Assembly: GCF_037450285.1 (NCBI RefSeq)
Contig: NZ_JAQISN010000005.1
Span: forward strand, 20,485 to 50,484
From: Erwinia sp. SLM-02
GTDB lineage: Bacteria > Pseudomonadota > Gammaproteobacteria > Enterobacterales > Enterobacteriaceae
DNA length: 30,000 bases
Direction: 5' to 3'
The translations under genes and the position numbers were made by a program. The notes beneath the pieces were generated by a model. That model did not search any database. It saw only the letters and a list, made by a program, of their open reading frames with translations, and was not told the origin of the DNA. Shown piece after piece: positions 25,203 through 30,000 of this stretch (position 1 is the first letter of the stretch; each line of letters opens with the position of its first letter).

Positions 25203-25307
25203 GAGGGGCCCGGCCTCGGCGGCTGCCGGATAATCCGCAGCGCTGAGATGAAGGCATTGGGCCAGGAGAGCGCAGCATGAATGCTGCGCTCAGGCCGGGC
25301 CCCCTCC
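25203..25307. repeat. G+C-rich nested inverted-repeat element B (about 105 bp)
   Basis: A perfect 12-bp stem pairs 25205-25216 with 25292-25303. It encloses a perfect 11+11 palindrome GAGCGCAGCAT-GA-ATGCTGCGCTC (25268-25291). A 15-bp motif inside B (25232-25246) is the exact reverse complement of 25064-25078 inside element A. Confidence 0.8.
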
Positions 25308-25534
25308 CTGATTCATATAAAACGCATATCAGACAGATACCTGATTACGATTTCACATATCAGAAACCGTCAGCGATTATCTCTCTTATCGCAAAACACA
25401 CGCCCCGCTAAACCTCAAGGAAACCGCTGAACAATAAATCATCCGGCCGAACAGGCACCAAACCACAGCATTAAATTAACCACCTTTCGGCGCGATGCGG
25501 ACCGCCGACAGCCTTCCCTGTTACAGACATAAAA

Positions 25535-26440
25535 ATGGCTCAAATGACTCTATCTGCCTCATCCCGGATTGCCGGGATCGCTTTTGCCGTACTCGCCGCG
25601 TTTGGTTTTTCGTTTAAGGCGATATTCGTTAAGCTCGCCTATCAGTCTGCACCCGTCGATGCGGTCACCCTGCTGGCGCTGCGGATGAGCATGTCGCTAC
25701 CGGTTATCCTGCTGATGGCAATCCCCATCCTGCGCCAAGGGCCGGCACTCACCGCTAAGGACTACGGATGGCTTGTCCTGCTCGGCGTGGTGGGCTATTA
25801 CGGATCCAGCATGCTGGACTTTATGGGTCTGCAATATATCTCCGCCGGACTGGAGCGACTGATTCTGTTTACCTACCCGATGCTGACTATCCTTATCGGG
25901 GTGGCTTTTTTGGGGAAAAAGTTTGAAAGAAAAGTGCTGCTGGCGATGGCGCTTGCCTACGCCGGGATCCTGTTTGCCTTTATGCACGACGTCAGCGTCT
26001 CCGCCGAGATGAGTACGGTGATCGTCGGCGGCCTGCTGGTGTTCGGCTGTGCGGTGCTGTATGCCGGCTACAGCGCCGGTTCGGAAGCGGCGATTGGTCG
26101 CCTCGGCGCGATGAAGTTTTCCGTGCTGGCGCTGCTAGTGTCCACGATGGCCACGCTGGTCCACTTCCTCCTCACCCATCGTCTGACGGCGCTCCATCTG
26201 CCGCTGCCGGTCTACGGCTGGAGTCTGGCGATGGCGATGTTCTCAACGGTGCTGCCGATTTTCTGGCAGTCCGCCGCCGTCTTCCGTATCGGTGCCGCCA
26301 GAGCGGTGCTGATTGGCCTGCTGGGCCCGGTACTGACCATTTTCTTTAGCTGGTGGCTGCTCAATGAGCCGATATCAGTGGAGCAGATGGTGGGAACGGT
26401 ACTGGTTATTTGCGGGCTGCTGGTGGTGATCCGCCGTTAG
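25535..26440 (+). CDS. DMT-superfamily (EamA-like) transporter
   Basis: 301 aa with about 10 TM segments arranged as two EamA-like halves. The composition is typical Gly/Leu/Ala-rich and the C-terminus is short and basic. Confidence 0.85.
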   Translation: MAQMTLSASSRIAGIAFAVLAAFGFSFKAIFVKLAYQSAPVDAVTLLALRMSMSLPVILLMAIPILRQGPALTAKDYGWLVLLGVVGYYGSSMLDFMGLQYISAGLERLILFTYPMLTILIGVAFLGKKFERKVLLAMALAYAGILFAFMHDVSVSAEMSTVIVGGLLVFGCAVLYAGYSAGSEAAIGRLGAMKFSVLALLVSTMATLVHFLLTHRLTALHLPLPVYGWSLAMAMFSTVLPIFWQSAAVFRIGAARAVLIGLLGPVLTIFFSWWLLNEPISVEQMVGTVLVICGLLVVIRR

Positions 26441-26496
26441 GGACAACACGGTTATCGGGCAAGCCTCAAATTCGCGCGATAGCATTCACGCGCCCT

Positions 26497-26550
26497 CTCT
26501 GACCGCGGCCATCGCGGTCAGAGATACCCGGCAATCAGGCGTAGCCGGGT
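26497..26550. other. Two adjacent intergenic palindromes (REP-like or weak terminators)
   Basis: CTCTGACCGCG-GCCAT-CGCGGTCAGAG lies at 26497-26523 (11-bp stem). ACCCGGC-N11-GCCGGGT lies at 26526-26550. Both sit between the convergent EamA and binding-protein genes. No convincing U-tract is present on either strand. Confidence 0.45.
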
Positions 26551-26570
26551 TTCATCCAGTCGGTGCCCTG

Positions 26571-27497
26571 TTACTTCGTCATAAACTGCTGGTAGTTCTG
26601 AGGAGTAACCTGCTGGAAGGGAATAAATTTAATGTCCTCGACCTTGCCGCCTTTAGCGGCTGTCTCGGCCATATCCACCGCCCCGTAGGCCTGTGATTTC
26701 GCGTCCTGGAACACGGTGACGGTCAGCAGACCGGTTTTAATCGCCTGCAGGCCGTTCGGGCCGCCGTCGGTGCCGCCAACCAGAATATCCTTACCGGGAG
26801 TCAGGCCGTTGCTTTTTATCGCCATCGCCGCGCCGATCGCCATTTCATCGGCGTTCGCGGAAAGAATGTCGATTTTGTCACCGGCGAGGATCCAGTTGTT
26901 CATCAGGTTCATGCCGTCTTCACGCATCCACTTGGCGGTATCTTCCAGCGTCACGTGCATATTGGGATGTCTGGCGATCACCTCTTTTGCGCCCTGCGTT
27001 CTGAAGCGGGTGGCATCGTTGCTCAGCAGCCCTTTCATAATCGCCACGTTGACGCTTTTACGGTCCTTCACCTTCTCCGCCAGGTACTCCATTTGCAGCC
27101 TGCCGGCCTCGACTTCATCACTGCCGATATAGCTGACCCCGTCACCCATCTTCGAATCCGACGGCATACGGTTGAGGTAGATCAGCGGAATTTTGGCCTT
27201 TCTGGCGGCCTCGCTCATATTTTTGGTGCCCTGGGTATCCACCGGGTTGACGATAATTACATCCACCTTGCCGTTGATAAAATTCTGTACCTGGCTCAGC
27301 TGCTTATCGACCGCACCCTGCGCATCTTCAAACTGCACTTTCATATCAGGATAGGTTTTACTTTGGTCCAGCACGTATCCCCGCAGACGGGACAGGAAGA
27401 CATCGTCCATTTGTGCGATGCTGACGCCCACCTGAACCGCAAAAGCAGCCGGGCTGAGCGTGAGAAGGGTCAGACAGAGCAAGAGTGTTTTTTTCAT
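26571..27497 (-). CDS. Periplasmic sugar-binding protein (ABC-type, PBP1 ribose/galactose-binding family), orphan
   Basis: I prefer ATG at 27497 (GGAAGG SD), which gives the signal peptide MKKTLLLCLTLLTLSPAAFA. The mature protein has the PBP1 layout (VGVSIAQMDDVF, VDVIIVNPVD, IPLIYLNR, LSANADEMAIGA, GTDG). Confidence 0.85.
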   Translation of the reverse strand: MKKTLLLCLTLLTLSPAAFAVQVGVSIAQMDDVFLSRLRGYVLDQSKTYPDMKVQFEDAQGAVDKQLSQVQNFINGKVDVIIVNPVDTQGTKNMSEAARKAKIPLIYLNRMPSDSKMGDGVSYIGSDEVEAGRLQMEYLAEKVKDRKSVNVAIMKGLLSNDATRFRTQGAKEVIARHPNMHVTLEDTAKWMREDGMNLMNNWILAGDKIDILSANADEMAIGAAMAIKSNGLTPGKDILVGGTDGGPNGLQAIKTGLLTVTVFQDAKSQAYGAVDMAETAAKGGKVEDIKFIPFQQVTPQNYQQFMTK

Positions 27498-27875
27498 TAT
27501 TGCCTTCCACATTAATAGGTTAATCGGCGCTAGCCGACGACGAAGGTTTATTATCAACGGACGTTATCTAAAATGGCCCCGTCTGCCGACAGGACTTCGC
27601 ACCATTTTTTCCAATAATAAGATCGCAGCAATAAAAATTGCAATGCGTGAAATTTGAGCGCATTTCATGAATGAAACGGACGCTAAGCGCATTCAATTCA
27701 TGATGTTAACCTTTTGTTAACTGGCGAAATGGGGTTTTCATCCGCCGGAAAAAATCGTTTTCTTCGAGGGTAGTCACATTAATTACGGGGAAATGAACTG
27801 AGATCGGTACGGGTTCCACATTGCGCCTTCCGTTGCTACCCTATGAACGTTAATTAACTGTTATTGAGGCAAGGG

Positions 27876-28595
27876 ATGAAAGTGGTCACTGAGCAGGCTG
27901 ATGCAGAGTTTATGCAGGCATTTTTTGAAAACGACACGGCCGGGAGCGAACACGACGAGCGGCGAACGGTGAAGATCCAACAGGCGCTGATCGCTGCCGT
28001 CGCGCAGAAAAACCGCGAATCGACGCTGTTCTGGCAGCACGCTATCGCTTTCCTGGCGCTGTTTGTTTTTCTTTATGCCGCGCTGGGCGCTTCGCTGACG
28101 CTGGATCTCTCCGCCGGGAATGCCAGCCACGGCCATAAAAGTATCGAATATGCGCTGGAAGCCATTCCGGTGCTGATCGCCTTTTCCGGCTACTTTATTG
28201 CCATTCTGTACCTGTTCCACTGTAAAACCAGCGCCCGCCGTACCGAGAGCTGGGATCGGGCGATCCGCGCGCTGGAAGCACAGGGTTCCGGCAGCCTGTT
28301 TACCGCCGTTAACGCCCGCAGCTCAGGTGCCAGCGACTATTCCAGCCCGGCGATTGCCACCGCGCTGGCGCTGTTTATCGGCCTGACCTGGCTGGTTATT
28401 TATAATTACCTCACCTTCACCACCAGCGGCGTGATGGGCAGCGTGATCTCACTGTTTATCAGCACCATGACCTATGTGATCCTTGATATCCAGCTGCTGA
28501 AACCGACGCATAACCATGCCGCCCCGGCTGAGCCGGAGAAAGAGGAAGAGAAAGAGAAAGCGGAAGAAACCCGGACCCCGCCGGAACAGGACTGA
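27876..28595 (+). CDS. Hypothetical 4-TM membrane protein with Glu/Lys-rich C-terminal tail
   Basis: ATG at 27876 follows a GAGG SD. The cytoplasmic-looking N-terminus of about 55 aa is followed by four hydrophobic segments (FWQHAIAFLALFVFLYAALGA, AIPVLIAFSGYFIAILYLF, AIATALALFIGLTWLVIY, GSVISLFISTMTYVILDI). The tail is PEKEEEKEKAEETRTPPEQD. No family is recognised. Confidence 0.65.
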   Translation: MKVVTEQADAEFMQAFFENDTAGSEHDERRTVKIQQALIAAVAQKNRESTLFWQHAIAFLALFVFLYAALGASLTLDLSAGNASHGHKSIEYALEAIPVLIAFSGYFIAILYLFHCKTSARRTESWDRAIRALEAQGSGSLFTAVNARSSGASDYSSPAIATALALFIGLTWLVIYNYLTFTTSGVMGSVISLFISTMTYVILDIQLLKPTHNHAAPAEPEKEEEKEKAEETRTPPEQD

Positions 28596-28605
28596 GTCAG
28601 AAGCA

Positions 28606-28689
28606 GGCACTGGAACTGGAACTGGCACTGGAACTGGCACCGGCACTGGAACTGGCACCGGCACCGGCACCGGCACCGGCACCGGCACT
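28606..28689. repeat. Hexanucleotide tandem repeat GGMACY x14 (84 bp)
   Basis: The units are GGCACT x4, GGAACT x4 and GGCACC x6, contiguous from 28606 to 28689. The repeat begins 11 nt after the stop of the membrane-protein gene. Confidence 0.95.
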
Positions 28690-28815
28690 GATTTTGACGC
28701 TGGCGGGGGTAATGCAGCAGCATTTTCACCCGCTTTGTCCCATACTGACTGCTGTCACCGCTGAAACAGGCAAGCCTTGTAAACGCCCCTGAAACGGGCC
28801 ACCGCAGGAGATGTT

Positions 28816-29148
28816 ATGAGAATTTTTATCCCCGCCGTCTTACTTTTCGCCGCTGCATCAGCCAGCGCCGCGGACGAACAGCAAACCCAAGCCACCTACA
28901 TCAATTATCTGTGCAGCGTTGCGGTTGAAAAGCCCGATGCCTCCGCCGATTACTTCCTGCAAAAAATCAAAGAGCTGAGCATGCGCGGTGAGTCGCCGTC
29001 GGCGCTGAATAAGGATGAGTTCGATCAGGAGACTGCAGAAGAGGTCGTCAATAGCTGGCAGTCGCTGTCGCCGGAACAGCGTAAACAGGTGAAATCAACC
29101 GAGGGCTGCCAGCAGCTGATGGCCAGCGAGTTCCAGCAGTCGGATTAA
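28816..29148 (+). CDS. Hypothetical small secreted/periplasmic protein (110 aa)
   Basis: AGGAG SD is present. The signal peptide is MRIFIPAVLLFAAASASA with an A-x-A cleavage motif. The mature part is acidic and helical-looking, with two Cys residues. Confidence 0.65.
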   Translation: MRIFIPAVLLFAAASASAADEQQTQATYINYLCSVAVEKPDASADYFLQKIKELSMRGESPSALNKDEFDQETAEEVVNSWQSLSPEQRKQVKSTEGCQQLMASEFQQSD

Positions 29149-29296
29149 CTGTCGACACGGCAGAACTCACGGGCCGCGGGCTTTCCATCCGGCGGCCTGT
29201 TATTAACACATCCCCACACAAAAACTCATGACGGGGATTTCGCCATTGCTGACGCCCTCCCTGCCGGCGTTTAACCCCTGACCGTCACCGGCCCTG

Positions 29297-30000
29297 TCAT
29301 GGTCTTCTGAACAGCACAAAGCTGCGCCCCGCCAGTTCGAAGTCCTCTTCCTGCGTAATCACCTGCCCCTGCTGCTGCGGATCGGCGGTGTTCAGCTCCA
29401 GTACCCAGCCGCCTTCGCCAATTTGCGGAATGCTGAACGGCACGCTGCCCTCAAACGGGTTGAACAGCATCAGCACATCGTGCCAGATCCCTTCCTGCTG
29501 TTGCAGATCGGGCCGCGTCAGGTACAAACCAATCGTCGTGCCTTCATCCCACTGTTCCGACTGCTGCGGGCCGCCGCCGGCGTTAAACCATTTAATCACC
29601 ATGCCGTCGCGCCAGTTCTCACGTCGCAGCAGCGGCTGGCTGGCCCGCAGCGCAATCAGACGGCGGGTAAACTCACGCAGTGCTCCGGCGCTTTCGGGCA
29701 GATTTTCCCAGTGTATCCACGAGATCTCGCTGTCCTGACAGTAGCCATTATTGTTGCCCAGCTGGCTGCGGCCAAATTCATCCCCGGCCAGCAGCATCGG
29801 CGTACCGTGGGAAAACAGCAGCGTGGTGAGGAAATTACGCTTCTGGCACTCGCGCACGGCGTTGATCCCCGCGTCGTCCGTCGGGCCTTCCGCGCCGTAG
29901 TTGAAGGAGCGGTTATCGTTATGGCCGTCGTTATTTCCTTCGCCGTTGGCCTCGTTGTGCTTCTCGTTGTACGACACCAGGTCGTTCAGCGTGAAGCCAT
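29297..30000 (-). CDS. Glycogen debranching enzyme, GlgX/TreX family (GH13), C-terminal part only; the gene continues beyond the window
   Basis: The frame is open to the window edge (…FTLNDLVSYNEKHNEANGEGNNDGHNDN…). The motifs SYNEKHNEANGE, TLLFSHGTPMLLAGDEFGRSQLGNNNGYCQD and ISWIHW match the GlgX pattern. Confidence 0.85.
   Translation of the reverse strand, partial: GFTLNDLVSYNEKHNEANGEGNNDGHNDNRSFNYGAEGPTDDAGINAVRECQKRNFLTTLLFSHGTPMLLAGDEFGRSQLGNNNGYCQDSEISWIHWENLPESAGALREFTRRLIALRASQPLLRRENWRDGMVIKWFNAGGGPQQSEQWDEGTTIGLYLTRPDLQQQEGIWHDVLMLFNPFEGSVPFSIPQIGEGGWVLELNTADPQQQGQVITQEEDFELAGRSFVLFRRP

Noticed and set aside
24858-25278. Four overlapping 98-121-aa ORFs on both strands in the LysR/EamA spacer.
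   Set aside because: Their translations are Arg/Pro/Ala-rich and low-complexity, they overlap one another in several frames, and they coincide exactly with the nested inverted repeats. They are best explained as non-coding structured or repetitive DNA.
25141-25310. Riboswitch upstream of the EamA transporter (cobalamin, or guanidine/ykkC types).
   Set aside because: I could not find the conserved cores, such as the B12 box or the ACGR loops. The structure also ends more than 220 nt before the start codon, with AT-rich promoter-like DNA in between.
25277-25411. 44-aa ORF (MNAALRPGPLPDSYKTHIRQ...) with an AGGAG 8 nt upstream.
   Set aside because: The start codon sits at the centre of a perfect 11+11 palindrome. 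The peptide has no hydrophobic or recognisable character, so there is too little evidence to call it a gene.
27667-27717. 16-codon mini-ORF (MNETDAKRIQFMMLTF C) as a possible leader peptide upstream of the membrane-protein gene.
   Set aside because: It has no SD, no run of regulatory codons and no associated terminator or antiterminator structure.
28606-28689. CRISPR array or other spacer-containing repeat structure, also considered for 19285-19328.
   Set aside because: The units are 6-7 nt and contiguous with no spacers, and there are no cas genes. These are microsatellites.
28449-28764. The (Pro-Val)n ORF on the minus strand (28449-28688) and the RK-rich/(Gly-Thr)n ORF on the plus strand (28516-28764), considered as independent genes.
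   Set aside because: Neither has a credible SD or start context, and both overlap the well-supported membrane-protein ORF. They are kept only as part of the repeat and frameshift observation.

Overview
This is a 30-kb chromosomal segment that looks Enterobacterales-like, based on YeiH-, YdiF-, YbiU/DUF1479- and GlgX-type proteins. Most of it is G+C-rich, with one clearly A+T-rich island. I could not find any rRNA, tRNA, CRISPR array, transposase, integrase or phage gene. I call 25 protein-coding genes, arranged as a mosaic of small modules that each pair a regulator with accessory genes. (1) A 5'-truncated YeiH-family membrane protein. (2) LysR with a class-3-like aldehyde dehydrogenase and a DJ-1/PfpI protein. 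(3) A low-GC island carrying AraC, an FHS-type sugar MFS transporter, a Gfo/Idh/MocA oxidoreductase and a GMC flavoprotein. (4) A six-gene minus-strand operon: YdiF-like CoA-transferase, enoyl-CoA hydratase, aldehyde dehydrogenase, BetA-like GMC oxidoreductase, FucP-like MFS transporter and a 691-aa SdhA/FrdA/NadB-like flavoprotein. It has a divergent LacI gene and two LacI-type palindromic operators. (5) A small acidic ORF, then a co-directional trio of a DUF1479/YbiU-like 2OG-oxygenase-like protein, a DeoR regulator and an unassignable 592-aa protein. That protein has a cold-shock-like N-terminus and a 16-Cys C-terminus. (6) LysR and an EamA/DMT transporter, separated by an unusually long 867-bp spacer that holds a roughly 450-bp G+C-rich block of nested inverted repeats. 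(7) An orphan periplasmic sugar-binding protein. (8) An unknown 4-TM membrane protein and a small secreted protein, separated by a 14-unit hexanucleotide repeat. (9) The 3' part of a GlgX-family debranching enzyme. The items I consider most worth follow-up are the 592-aa orphan protein, the LacI-controlled operon that combines sugar-type uptake with CoA chemistry, the nested-repeat non-coding block, and two short tandem repeats (heptamer x6, hexamer x14). All functional calls come from reading motifs by eye. No database search was possible.
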